A stretch of DNA of 64,000 nt from Candidatus Hydrogenedentota bacterium (GCA_029974275.1 JARKSN010000030.1:14157-78156), one strand, 5' to 3'; shown: positions 49,792 through 60,041, counted from the stretch's first letter. Notes: a model not told the origin generated them from the letters alone. Program-made: numbers and translations.

Positions 49792-52700
49792 ATGCGTACA
49801 GACGCGCCGGCAAAGATGACGTCCGCACCTGCGCGGCTCTTTCACGAGACGCGCGGCGCGGCTCTGTTGATTGTTCTGGGCATTTTGGTCATTTTGTTCG
49901 CGATCGCTCTCACGTTCTACACGACTGCCCGTTTTGAATTGCGTTCGGCGACCAATTATCGCAATAGCGTTCAGACCGATAGCATCACGGCGGCGGGTCT
50001 TGCGTACGCCATTGCCACCCTCGCGCATGACCGCGCCATCCACGCCGCCTACACCTCGCTGGACCACGCCTGGCGCACGTATTACAACGGCACGTGGATG
50101 TTCGGCAAGCCGTGGGTGGCGAAGCCGGGCAATACGGTTCCGCCCAACGTGCCGGGGCATTGGCCGCGCATTGAGTTCCCCCCCAACGCCACGGACGCCT
50201 GCGACGCGCTGTATATTCCCCGGCGCCAGAACAACGCGAACGATCCGTTTGGGGATTTTCTGGTTCCCAGCGAGCGGCAGTCCATGGCTGCGGCGGATAC
50301 GCTTCCCGCTCAATTTGTGGATCAGCTGCTCGGGCCGCGCGACGTTGCCGGCAACCGCATGTATTCGCTCGGCGCGGATAATGACGGCGACGGTTTGCTC
50401 GATTCCATGTGGATTCCCGTGCCGATGGATCGCATCTTGGATAACGACGGGATCGATAACGATCTCGATGGATTCACCGACGGTCTGGATAACAACGGCG
50501 AGGTCGTCCGGCCTGGCGAAACAGGCGTTTTTCTTTATTGGGGCGGCAATGATGGCCTCGACAATGACGGCGACGGCTATGTCGACGAGCCGGATGAGCA
50601 GCGCATTTTCCTGACGTGTCCGATGGACCAAATCCGGGACGGCAGCGGCGCGCTCATTTCCATCAACTGGTCGCGCGTACAGGCGAGAGTCAACCTGGCG
50701 GCGCTTCGGGCGTATGCCAATATCCCCGAGGATGGGCGAGATCCGGATATTTCCATCGACCCCAATCGCGTGGACAGACTCGACAACGACCGTGATTTCA
50801 TCGTCAACGAGGCGGACTATCACGTGATTCCCAGTCCGGCTCCGTCGCCGAACCAGCGGGCAAAGGCGTATAGCAACGTCATTGCGCCGGATTACCACGA
50901 CCGGACCGACGTCGTGGTCACGGCGGCGGGCGAGCCGGTGTGCGACATCGTCGGGCGCGTGGCGGTGTTGATCACCGACGAGAACAGCAAGGTCAACCTG
51001 AACGCCGCGCACGCAATGTCCCGCGAGGAAGATGCCGCCTACGCCGCCGCACCGATGGTCCGCGCGCTCGACCAGGGGATCGGGCCGCAGGAATACGACA
51101 CCCGCGTCATCAAAGGGCCGGGCAGTGAGGGTTTTGGCGTCGCGCGCGCCGCGTATGTGCGCAATCTGCTCCATGGATCTCCCGACGGGACCGGCCTGGC
51201 CATTGCGAACGCGAACGCGTCGTCGTTGCTGCGGAATCCCGAAGGGGAAGCCGCCGCCCTTGCGCCGTATTTGCACGATATGGCGTTGCCGGGATATGGG
51301 CGCGTCGACGACAATGGCAATGCCCTGCCGCTCTCCATGAACGGACTGGACGACGATGGCGACGGTTTGATCGACGAGGGGTTGTGGATTCCCGATCCGC
51401 CGGCGGCGGACGCCCCGAATTACGACGCCCAGAAAGCGTTGTACGATCGGTACGTCGCTCTTTTCGGCAGAACTCTCGAGGGCATTGACGAGCCGCAGGA
51501 ATTTCAGCGGTATCGCCCCTACCGGAACTTGGTCGCGGAGCGGTCCGATCCTGACACGCTCCGGGATTTTTTCCCGAACGGCGCGCAGATCGGTTCGTTG
51601 GCGGACCGCATTTTGCGGACAACCACGCAGATTCAGGCGGTGACGGATATCGCTCCGTCCCGGTTCGACGCGGTTCGCCGGTTCGTTACCGTAAACAGCA
51701 CGGATCGCAACGATCGGTTTTGGGTGCGCGTGAGCGACGCCCTGTCGGGCGTCCAGAACCAGCGCGGATCCATAGCCCATCCCTACCCCACGGGCAGCGG
51801 TCTGAAACTCGACCTTAACCATGCCTTCGCCGACGAGATCGCCCGGGCGCTCGTCGAGGATTGGGATTATTCTCCGCCGCGAATGGTCATCGATGACGCA
51901 TGGATGCCGACTTTCGACATGAATTTTCCGGAAGGGCAAGCGGCTTGTTTTGCATTGGGGCTACGGCAAGAGTCCGGCGATATCACGGCGGGGGCGTTCC
52001 CGGTGTTTGATCTTGGATCGGGCCTGCGTCGCTGGGGCGAACTTCAGGCGGGGGGCGCCTATCAGTTGCCCGCCGATCGTGAACTGCGCGCCTACCAGAT
52101 CGGCGCGGGCGTTCAAGATTTCCGCGACGCCGATTTCACGCGCACGGATGTCAAACTGACGGTAAACGATCCCTTCGGCAGCCAGATAACAGGCCAATCC
52201 AAACAGATTACCTACACCCAAGCCGGCATCGAAAACATCCGCATCAACGAACTCATGGTCCGCCCCGTCCGCCGCGTCGAGGCCGAGGCGACGCCGTCAA
52301 CATCGGCCGATCATGCCATGTACGGCAACTTTGATCATACCCCTTATCAGATCTTGCCGATGTTTGGCGTGTCGCGGGAGTTTGCGATCGCCCGTCCCAG
52401 TGGCGGACGCATCCTTCCCGGCATCGCGGACCGCCTTCTCTATCCCGAAGGGATCGACCCCGATCATGTCACGGATTCCCTCACGCAATGGAGGGTCTGG
52501 CCAAACACCCTCGTGCTGGGAGCGGGAGCCACCCTTCAAACATCGGTTTCCACCATTCCGCTCCAGTTCGCCGAACTGCCGGACTCTAGCCCCGGCGAGA
52601 TGCCCAATATTGTCGAGTTCGCGTTCAGCGCGTCGCAGGGGTTGCCGCCCGGACGTTACTATCTGATGATGAACATCTGGGACAACGAGGGCAGTTACAA

Positions 52701-55700
52701 AGACATGGCTGCCGGCGAGATTCGGTATGCGGTCAAGTACGTCCAAAGCGCGCCGCCCGCGATTCCTTGGGCAACCAACAAGAGCGCCGGCCCCTCGACA
52801 ATTCTTGCGGATGTCATCGGCGGCATCAGTGCCCATCCGGACGCTTCCGCCACTCTCTTGAAGAACCACCCCTATTGGCGCACGCCGGTGTTGGAAGCGC
52901 AGGGTTCTCCCGCTGTAGGCACGGGAACGACGTTCCTGCCGGGATCGCTTTTCCGCAATGGGACGGCGGCTCCGGGCTATGCGCAGGACTCGGCGTTCAC
53001 CATCGAGATTCCTCCGGCAGGCTCCGGCGTTGAACTGCATGTCGCCATTTGGGCCAGCGCGGCCAGCAATGCGAATCCGATCGCCATCAACTTTTTCGAT
53101 TTCAGCCAGGAGCCGGATCACGAATGGGTCGAGGTGCAGAATGTGGCGAAGTATGATCCAGCGATCCCGTTCGAGCAGCAGGTCATCGACATGTCCGGCT
53201 GGAAGCTTCAGACGCGCGTGAAGGATTTGGACACGGGCGATCCGAAGGACATCGAGATGATCGTGCCCGACAGGACTCGAATCGCGCCGGGCGGGTCGTT
53301 GTTGCTTGGGTTCAACAAGTTTGACGAGCTGGCGGACGATAGTGCGCTGACCCCGTCGAACCGGCTGCTCTGGAACAACGGCATTGGCCTTGCGGCCACA
53401 CGCGGCGCTGGCGCTCTAGCTACGGCGCTGGCTCCTACCTTTCCGTGGCTGGCGACGGTCACGGCTCCGCCGTTCCCGATGGACCCGTTCCTTCTGGGAA
53501 TGGCCGACTACGCGGATCTCGGAAACAGCGTCTTTTCGCGGGATACCGGTGAGGATTTTGTCGACGCGGACGGCGACGGCGTCCTCGACGCCAACTCGCC
53601 GGACGATGCCGTTCAATCCTCTGCGGAACGCGGACCTGACGGCCCGCTCGTATCGGCCCTGGGGATCGATCCCAAGCAGAAGCCGTGGGACCGCATCGTG
53701 GAACTCCAGTGCCCCGACGAAATCCAGTTTACCGGCGCGGAAACCGAGCCGGAAGTCTTGGAAAAACTCGCCGCGATGTTGTTCCGCGGCGGCATGCTGC
53801 CGAATTATCCCGAGTTCGACGGCATCGACAACGACGGCGATAACCTGGTTCTCTCGAACGACGGCGTCAACAACACCGGTAGCGCTTTGTTGCCGGACGG
53901 CGTCACTCCCAAGGAAGGCGATGAGCCCAACGAGGGGATAGACGAGGGGCGTTGGCGGTATGAGTGGACGGGAACGCAGGATCCCTTTAATTCTTCGAAA
54001 CGCGTCAGCGTGCCGGGGAGTTATTCCGATCAACCTATGGTGGCGCAAACCCGGATAGGCCTGACGATCGCCCTAACGAGCGACGCTTTCCCTCCGGAGT
54101 GGAAGGCGTTTGTCGAGCGGCGGTTTTTCCCCGGCGATAATGTGATCATCACGCTGCGGGACAACAACGATCATCTCGTGGATCGCGTGACGTATCGGCA
54201 GAAAGATGTTGAAAACAGCGCGATCGACGACAAGCTTTCGTACGGCACGAACCCGGAGAACGGCAGTTTACCCAACGTTTGGCCGGACAACACGATGGGG
54301 TTCGACTTTTACAAGACGTTGGAGCGGCGGCACCCGTTGTACGCGGGCGATGTATACGGCACGCAGAATCGTTGGCAAGCGACGGACGGCAATTACGATG
54401 ACTGGGCCCCGAACATGGGCATTGGGCCGACGGGCGCGCTCACGTGGATGGACACGGATATCTATTACCGTGTGCTGGGACCGGCCGGACCGATTCCATG
54501 GCCTCAGGCGTTTGGCCATGCCTTGCAGGGATCGCCGTTGCGGGCAAATTTCGAGCAGCGCCTGATCGACGATTGGAAGCGCTACAATCCGGGCGGCGGG
54601 TTCTCGATGGCGAACCTCTATACGCCCAGCGTGCCGAGCGTGCCCGGCGGAAACGACATTACGTGGGCGCCGCGGTTGGCGACGGCGCGGAGCCGAGCGT
54701 TGGCGTCGGCGGCGGACTTGATGGCGATGCCGCAATTTTCCTTCAGCAAGGCGTACGGCACGAATAGCTCGCCGCTGTTTTTGTCGACGCTGGGCGGGGC
54801 CATTCTGGGCCAGGCGTTCACGGACGTCGTAGGACAGAACAATCCCATCGACAACCCGCCGCCCGGCCAGCCCGATGTCGCGCCGGGCGATTTCACGGCG
54901 TTGATGAACATCGCGTCGATGGATTCGCAGACGCTGTCCGTGGGTCAGGCGACGTTCTATCCGCTGTATCCGACGGTGCAGTACGTGAATGGCGACGGGA
55001 CGTATGTCGGCTGGAACACCGCGCACGGCTTTGCGCCCCCGGCGTGGGCTCCGCTGATGCTCTTCGGGCCCGTATCGCCGGATGCCAATGCCGACTCGAG
55101 CGCGTTGCTTCCAGCCGATGCCGCTCTCGCCGCCAAGCTGTCGTGGTACGGCTACGACTACGCCCTCGCCCCGGCCTATCTGATGGAGCCGCCGCTGGCG
55201 TCCGCGTTCGACGATCTCAGCCGCTGGCCGTTGCGTCAACGTGCCGCGATGTACGTGTCGACCAACCGGTTCCCCAATTTTTTCCCTTCTTCGCTGCTTC
55301 CTGCTGCGGATGGCGCGCGGTACAGCGCATTTCCGCCGCTCAATGCCGTTGATAACGCGCATGGCGCAGAGGCGTTGTTCGTATGGGACGGCGCTTCGGG
55401 TCTCGAAAACGGCGAGTACAACGTGTATGTCCAAGTGAACTCGCCGTTGGATGCGTTGCGCGCGGCGCATACCGCGGGGGGCAAACTTGATCCGCCGCGT
55501 TCGTTGCTGACGGCGTTGGGTGGCCGGTTTGTGCAAGAGGCGCAGGGATCGCTGCCGCAGGACGTGCTTGTGGACGTCGAGTTCTTCACGGACCGTAACG
55601 GCGACGGGCGTTGCTGGCGCGAGCCTTCGCCCAATCCCCAAACCCTGGCGGGCGATAACCTGCCGCAACAGGGCGAACTGGACCGCGGAAACAACACCCG

Positions 55701-56490
55701 CGCGGGCGACAGTTTCGGCGAGATGCGCGGCGTCCAGCCGAACAGCGAAGGGTTGATCCATTACGGACTGGTCCGCGTCGAGAACAACTACCTTGCGCTG
55801 ATGCTGCGCAATTGGAGCGCTCCCGGCCAGATCGTGCGGTTTTCCGGCATTGTGCTGGCGCCGCGTAAACGAACTCCGGGCCGCATCAACATCAACACCG
55901 CCGAGACGCGGCGCGCGTTCGATCTGGGCAACACATCCGCGACGGGGCCTCTCGCCACGGATTTCAACCCATTGCTGGGCATCCCCGGGGTGCTGGCGCA
56001 GACGGCATGGATCGCGGATCCGATCTTCCCGAACCTGGATCGTCTCAACATCACGTATCCGGCGGACAGCTTGGGCTTGAGCCCTAGCGACGTCCCGTGG
56101 CGGAATGCAGCCCTTGACCTCAGCCGGAAGATCATGCAGCAGCGCGGCGCGTGGCGCTGGAACGATGGACGTTACTTCCGGTATCCGTCGGACCTTGCGC
56201 TGGACGTGACCAACATGAATGCGCCGAACGTCGAGCTTCCCGCGGACACGGATGCGCCGGTTCTACAGCGCGCCGTTATAACGGCTGCAGATGTGGACGA
56301 GATCAAGCGTCGTCGCTTCCGGGAGGTGATGGCGCGGTATAGCCGGATGGCGAACCTTGTCACGACGCGATCGGACACCTTCGAGATCATTGTGACGGGA
56401 CAGTCGGGCTATGTGCGCGACGACGGCGATTACCGCGTTGATTTCGAGGTGATGGGCGAGAAACAGACGCGGACCATTTACGAACGGTAG
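49792..56490 (+). CDS. giant GspK/PilX-like minor pilin (2232 aa)
   Basis: RG|AALLIVLGIL (no Glu5), ITDENSKVNLN, FVTVNS, GRININTA, NLVTTRSDTFEI; repeated DxDxDG motifs; split lamin-tail-like motifs. Confidence 0.75.
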   Translation: MRTDAPAKMTSAPARLFHETRGAALLIVLGILVILFAIALTFYTTARFELRSATNYRNSVQTDSITAAGLAYAIATLAHDRAIHAAYTSLDHAWRTYYNGTWMFGKPWVAKPGNTVPPNVPGHWPRIEFPPNATDACDALYIPRRQNNANDPFGDFLVPSERQSMAAADTLPAQFVDQLLGPRDVAGNRMYSLGADNDGDGLLDSMWIPVPMDRILDNDGIDNDLDGFTDGLDNNGEVVRPGETGVFLYWGGNDGLDNDGDGYVDEPDEQRIFLTCPMDQIRDGSGALISINWSRVQARVNLAALRAYANIPEDGRDPDISIDPNRVDRLDNDRDFIVNEADYHVIPSPAPSPNQRAKAYSNVIAPDYHDRTDVVVTAAGEPVCDIVGRVAVLITDENSKVNLNAAHAMSREEDAAYAAAPMVRALDQGIGPQEYDTRVIKGPGSEGFGVARAAYVRNLLHGSPDGTGLAIANANASSLLRNPEGEAAALAPYLHDMALPGYGRVDDNGNALPLSMNGLDDDGDGLIDEGLWIPDPPAADAPNYDAQKALYDRYVALFGRTLEGIDEPQEFQRYRPYRNLVAERSDPDTLRDFFPNGAQIGSLADRILRTTTQIQAVTDIAPSRFDAVRRFVTVNSTDRNDRFWVRVSDALSGVQNQRGSIAHPYPTGSGLKLDLNHAFADEIARALVEDWDYSPPRMVIDDAWMPTFDMNFPEGQAACFALGLRQESGDITAGAFPVFDLGSGLRRWGELQAGGAYQLPADRELRAYQIGAGVQDFRDADFTRTDVKLTVNDPFGSQITGQSKQITYTQAGIENIRINELMVRPVRRVEAEATPSTSADHAMYGNFDHTPYQILPMFGVSREFAIARPSGGRILPGIADRLLYPEGIDPDHVTDSLTQWRVWPNTLVLGAGATLQTSVSTIPLQFAELPDSSPGEMPNIVEFAFSASQGLPPGRYYLMMNIWDNEGSYKDMAAGEIRYAVKYVQSAPPAIPWATNKSAGPSTILADVIGGISAHPDASATLLKNHPYWRTPVLEAQGSPAVGTGTTFLPGSLFRNGTAAPGYAQDSAFTIEIPPAGSGVELHVAIWASAASNANPIAINFFDFSQEPDHEWVEVQNVAKYDPAIPFEQQVIDMSGWKLQTRVKDLDTGDPKDIEMIVPDRTRIAPGGSLLLGFNKFDELADDSALTPSNRLLWNNGIGLAATRGAGALATALAPTFPWLATVTAPPFPMDPFLLGMADYADLGNSVFSRDTGEDFVDADGDGVLDANSPDDAVQSSAERGPDGPLVSALGIDPKQKPWDRIVELQCPDEIQFTGAETEPEVLEKLAAMLFRGGMLPNYPEFDGIDNDGDNLVLSNDGVNNTGSALLPDGVTPKEGDEPNEGIDEGRWRYEWTGTQDPFNSSKRVSVPGSYSDQPMVAQTRIGLTIALTSDAFPPEWKAFVERRFFPGDNVIITLRDNNDHLVDRVTYRQKDVENSAIDDKLSYGTNPENGSLPNVWPDNTMGFDFYKTLERRHPLYAGDVYGTQNRWQATDGNYDDWAPNMGIGPTGALTWMDTDIYYRVLGPAGPIPWPQAFGHALQGSPLRANFEQRLIDDWKRYNPGGGFSMANLYTPSVPSVPGGNDITWAPRLATARSRALASAADLMAMPQFSFSKAYGTNSSPLFLSTLGGAILGQAFTDVVGQNNPIDNPPPGQPDVAPGDFTALMNIASMDSQTLSVGQATFYPLYPTVQYVNGDGTYVGWNTAHGFAPPAWAPLMLFGPVSPDANADSSALLPADAALAAKLSWYGYDYALAPAYLMEPPLASAFDDLSRWPLRQRAAMYVSTNRFPNFFPSSLLPAADGARYSAFPPLNAVDNAHGAEALFVWDGASGLENGEYNVYVQVNSPLDALRAAHTAGGKLDPPRSLLTALGGRFVQEAQGSLPQDVLVDVEFFTDRNGDGRCWREPSPNPQTLAGDNLPQQGELDRGNNTRAGDSFGEMRGVQPNSEGLIHYGLVRVENNYLALMLRNWSAPGQIVRFSGIVLAPRKRTPGRININTAETRRAFDLGNTSATGPLATDFNPLLGIPGVLAQTAWIADPIFPNLDRLNITYPADSLGLSPSDVPWRNAALDLSRKIMQQRGAWRWNDGRYFRYPSDLALDVTNMNAPNVELPADTDAPVLQRAVITAADVDEIKRRRFREVMARYSRMANLVTTRSDTFEIIVTGQSGYVRDDGDYRVDFEVMGEKQTRTIYER

Positions 56491-56496
56491 GCGAAA

Positions 56497-56639
56497 CGCG
56501 GAGAAAAAAGAAGAAAACTTTAACGCAAGGGCACAATGAAGCGAAGGGCAGAGGCGCGGAGACGCAGAAAAGATCGCCTGATTGTTTTTTCTCTTCCTTT
56601 GTGTTTTCTCTGTGTTCTTTGTGCCTTTGTGGTGAGTCT
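56497..56639 (+). repeat. dispersed intergenic repeat, copy 3
   Basis: AGAAGAA..TTAACGCAAGGGCACAA left arm; right arm 56609-56639 is 28/31 identical to copy 1. Confidence 0.8.
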
Positions 56640-56695
56640 TGGGTCTTAAACGCCGGACCCGGTCAGGGCCAAGGTCTTGTGCGATAGGAGCCTGA

Positions 56696-59600
56696 ATGAT
56701 GCGTAACATGATTCGCTGTACGGCGGGGTTAGCCCTCGCGCTGACGATCCTGTCGTTGATCGCGCCACCCGCCGTCGCCCAGACGACGTTCGACAGGGTC
56801 GTGGTCACCATCGACGACCGCAGGAGCTTGTGGGATGTGGACGAGAGCGCCAAGGTGTCTCCTTCGTCCGTCAGCGCCAGCGCGAATCTGATCGACGAGG
56901 CAATAAACCGGGTTGTGTCTGGCGGCACGGTGGTTCTCGATCAAGGGAACTGGCCCTCTCCCACGCATGTCGGGAAGTCTGTGACCATCATGGGGAATCC
57001 GTTGAGCCCTCCGTATGCCGTGGTGATCCAGGGGAACGGGGCGCCTGTCTTGGACGTGAACGGCAACAACATCGACGTTACCGTCGAGGGGGTCACCCTC
57101 CGAGGGGGAACGCGGGGGGTCTGGTTGTCGGGCATTGGCGTCAGCGTGGCGGTGAACCGGTGTTTGTTGCTGAGCAATTCGTTGACAGGTCTTTCCGTGA
57201 CGGCAACGACGGGGCTGAACCAAGCGCTGATCGTCAATAGCTATCTCGGCGGAAATGGGACGGGGGTCCGGTTGAGCGGGCCGAATTCCCGCGCGGCGAT
57301 CGTTTTCTGCACGTTTCGCTACAATGCCGCGGCGGGCATCGCCATAGAGGATCGAGCGACGGCAAGGGTTTTCAACACGGTGTTGTACGAAAACCAGGGT
57401 TTTACGGACGAGATCACGCTATCCGGCGGCGGCAACATCGTGGGAAGAAACAACTACGTTCCCAATAAGGCCGCGCCCAACGTGTCCGCTTTGTCTCCTG
57501 TTTTCGACAGTTCGGATTTTCCCCCGGATTTCGATGACGGCGGCTCGGCTCCCTGGCCCGGCAAGATTCTCGATACGTCCGCGTTGCAGTCCAAGGGCGC
57601 TTCCACCGCAAACCTCTCGCTGCAACTAAAGGATTTTCCTTTCTCGTTGGGTAAGTACGTCAGCAGCGATCTGGAATTGACTCCCCGCCCCATGCCTTCG
57701 AGCAGCGCGCCGGATATCGGAGCCGATGAAGCGCCTGACTCTGACGCGCCGCTTGTGCAGTGGTATTATTGCAGCGTGACCCAGCCGGACAGCCCGAACG
57801 AGGGCGTGGTCGGCAACAAAGTCCGTGCGGAATTGCGTTTCTACGGCATGGACCCGCCCGATGAGGTCTATTGGATACCCCAAGGAGGCGAGCCAACCCT
57901 CAGAGACCGTCAGGCGTTGCGGCGGACCATCAATGTCGGCGGCGGCGTTGCCGTGTACGAAAGCCCGGCGATCTTTTCCACGGTGCTGCAAGACCGTGAT
58001 GCGTCTGGCAATCCCATTGTTCCCAGCGGCGACGGCAATCCCACCCAAGGGGACTTGATTGCCGATGGCCATGCGTATATCCATGTGCTGAGCATCCCCG
58101 ACGATTCCGAGAAGATCGTGGGCCAAGCCAAAATCGGCCGTCATTTTTTGGTGGATACGATCCCGCCGCGGCTGTTGATCGAGCAGCCCATCACGGCGCA
58201 GACGCCGGTGCTGGCTGCGGACAAGCCGGTGATATGGGCGCAAGGCGGGCCTTTCGGCGCGTGGTCTGGGGCGATAGACCCCGCCACGCATCCTTTCCTG
58301 GCCAGCATTCCCCTTGTGACGCAATGGCGGCAAGTGGAGCCGTCGGCGTTGCCCTATGCGCCGTGGGACGATGGATTCATTTCCTCCACGCCCGGGAGCA
58401 GCAACGGGCCTCAGGTGTTCTTCAACCAAAACTCCCGCTCCAATGCCGACACAACGGTGCAACCGCTCCTTGCCCATCTCGCGATGACCTTTGTCGATCC
58501 GCCTGTCCGGGACGCGGGGGGCAACGACATTTCGGGCGTGGACTATCTGCTTCCCGGCCTTACCACCCGCGCCCCTTCGGGCTTCAACCCGGCGGGCGGG
58601 GGCGTCTTGACGGGCGAAGAGACGGGGTTGGCAAATCTCGCGACGAATACGCAGGCAGGGTTGATCCGGGTCGCGGGACAAGACATCGCCGCCCAGGTGG
58701 CGTATACGCACCAAACACAGATGTCGGGCCCTTATGAAACGTTTGTGCCGGGTCTTGACGGCGCCGCGGACAGCAAAGCCCCGGCGCCAAATCGCATGCT
58801 TTTCGCCGAATGGTCGTTTTCGGGCGGCATCGCCGACGCCGGACAGTCCGTGCATCTGGGAGTGCGCTTCGATGCGAAGGACCGGGCCGGCAATTGGCTC
58901 AGTGCGAGCCCCTCCAAAGGCGGCAGCGGCGAGTTGGATCCCGCGCATCTTTGGTGGATGGTGGGCGACACAAAACCGCAGGCGCGTATCGTGCAGAACA
59001 TCGAGGGCCAGACGCTGGACCCAAGCAAACTGACGGTGTCGTGGACGTTGGATCGGAGCGAGGACCCGCAAATCACCGGTCCGCAACCGACGCCGCTCTA
59101 TGCGTATCGGTTGTGGGTGTACAACGACGCGTGGGACACATCCGATGCGCCGGACGGGCCTTATGTGCCGCTGCCTCTGACGGCGGGCCGGTGGGCTTCG
59201 TGGAGCGCATGGGACACGACGCGCGGACTTCTTGCATCGGATTTCCAGGATTTGATCGCCAAAACGGCTATTCGCGGGAAATGGATGCTGCTGACTGTCG
59301 TGGGCATGGACGAAGCCGGCAATGTCGATCCCCTAACCGAGACGCAACCCGGCGGCGCCGAATTGCAGTGTCCCTCGGCGGATGGGCCGATCACGGTCAT
59401 TCGGCCCGGCCTAGGCCGCAACTGGCGCCGTTTCCAGTTGGGCGACGTGGTGGACACGACGGTCTCCTATTCGTTTTGGAACGAGGACCGGTCCTTCGGA
59501 GCGGCGACCTTGTTGCCGCATGTGATCGACCGTAATTTACATGGCGCTTTTCGGGTGAACGGGATTTTTCCCGACAGCTCTGGAATCAGAGTGATTGACT

Positions 59601-59953
59601 GCGCGCTGTATCAGGATGGAAACCTGACATGGACCGGAAGCGCAACGTGGACGTATGAGGAGTCCAGTCAAACGTGGACCGCGAGCGTGGCTGGTTCCGG
59701 CGGAGTTTCTCCCGTCGCTGTTTCCGTCGGGGCGCTCTCCGTCGAATTTTCCGGCTTGGGCAATCCGAACCGCGTCGTCACGTATGTTTTCCAGGCCACG
59801 GCGCGCGTCGGCGCGGGCAACCCCATCGACCCGACGCCCGCGCGCGTGCAATTCACCGTGACGCCGGCCGGGCCGGGCGGAACCGTGCAAGATTACGTGA
59901 AGCCGCCGCACGCGCCGGATGATCAACCCATCACGGTGCATGAGAATTTGTAG
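56696..59953 (+). CDS. secreted 1085-aa protein with N-terminal right-handed beta-helix and Ig-like C-terminal modules
   Basis: Signal peptide ..PAVA|Q; G(L/I/V)x(L/V)..N repeats; PRP..APDIGADE; VDTIPP, DRAGN, DEAGNVDP, DPTPA..FTV. Confidence 0.65.
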   Translation: MMRNMIRCTAGLALALTILSLIAPPAVAQTTFDRVVVTIDDRRSLWDVDESAKVSPSSVSASANLIDEAINRVVSGGTVVLDQGNWPSPTHVGKSVTIMGNPLSPPYAVVIQGNGAPVLDVNGNNIDVTVEGVTLRGGTRGVWLSGIGVSVAVNRCLLLSNSLTGLSVTATTGLNQALIVNSYLGGNGTGVRLSGPNSRAAIVFCTFRYNAAAGIAIEDRATARVFNTVLYENQGFTDEITLSGGGNIVGRNNYVPNKAAPNVSALSPVFDSSDFPPDFDDGGSAPWPGKILDTSALQSKGASTANLSLQLKDFPFSLGKYVSSDLELTPRPMPSSSAPDIGADEAPDSDAPLVQWYYCSVTQPDSPNEGVVGNKVRAELRFYGMDPPDEVYWIPQGGEPTLRDRQALRRTINVGGGVAVYESPAIFSTVLQDRDASGNPIVPSGDGNPTQGDLIADGHAYIHVLSIPDDSEKIVGQAKIGRHFLVDTIPPRLLIEQPITAQTPVLAADKPVIWAQGGPFGAWSGAIDPATHPFLASIPLVTQWRQVEPSALPYAPWDDGFISSTPGSSNGPQVFFNQNSRSNADTTVQPLLAHLAMTFVDPPVRDAGGNDISGVDYLLPGLTTRAPSGFNPAGGGVLTGEETGLANLATNTQAGLIRVAGQDIAAQVAYTHQTQMSGPYETFVPGLDGAADSKAPAPNRMLFAEWSFSGGIADAGQSVHLGVRFDAKDRAGNWLSASPSKGGSGELDPAHLWWMVGDTKPQARIVQNIEGQTLDPSKLTVSWTLDRSEDPQITGPQPTPLYAYRLWVYNDAWDTSDAPDGPYVPLPLTAGRWASWSAWDTTRGLLASDFQDLIAKTAIRGKWMLLTVVGMDEAGNVDPLTETQPGGAELQCPSADGPITVIRPGLGRNWRRFQLGDVVDTTVSYSFWNEDRSFGAATLLPHVIDRNLHGAFRVNGIFPDSSGIRVIDCALYQDGNLTWTGSATWTYEESSQTWTASVAGSGGVSPVAVSVGALSVEFSGLGNPNRVVTYVFQATARVGAGNPIDPTPARVQFTVTPAGPGGTVQDYVKPPHAPDDQPITVHENL

Positions 59954-60004
59954 CGCGTTCTGCGTCGGCGTCGCGAGTTCTTTCGGAACATGCTGAGCGA
60001 ATTG

Positions 60005-60041
60005 AAAAACGGGGAGGGGCCCATGGCGGGCGCCTCCCCGT
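60005..60041 (-). terminator. intrinsic terminator between convergent genes
   Basis: ACGGGGAGG...CCTCCCCGT stem, with T5 following on the minus strand. Confidence 0.6.

Noticed and set aside
49670..56639. Integron attC interpretation of the flanking repeats
   Set aside because: No matching RYYYAAC/GTTRRRY ends, and no integrase in the window
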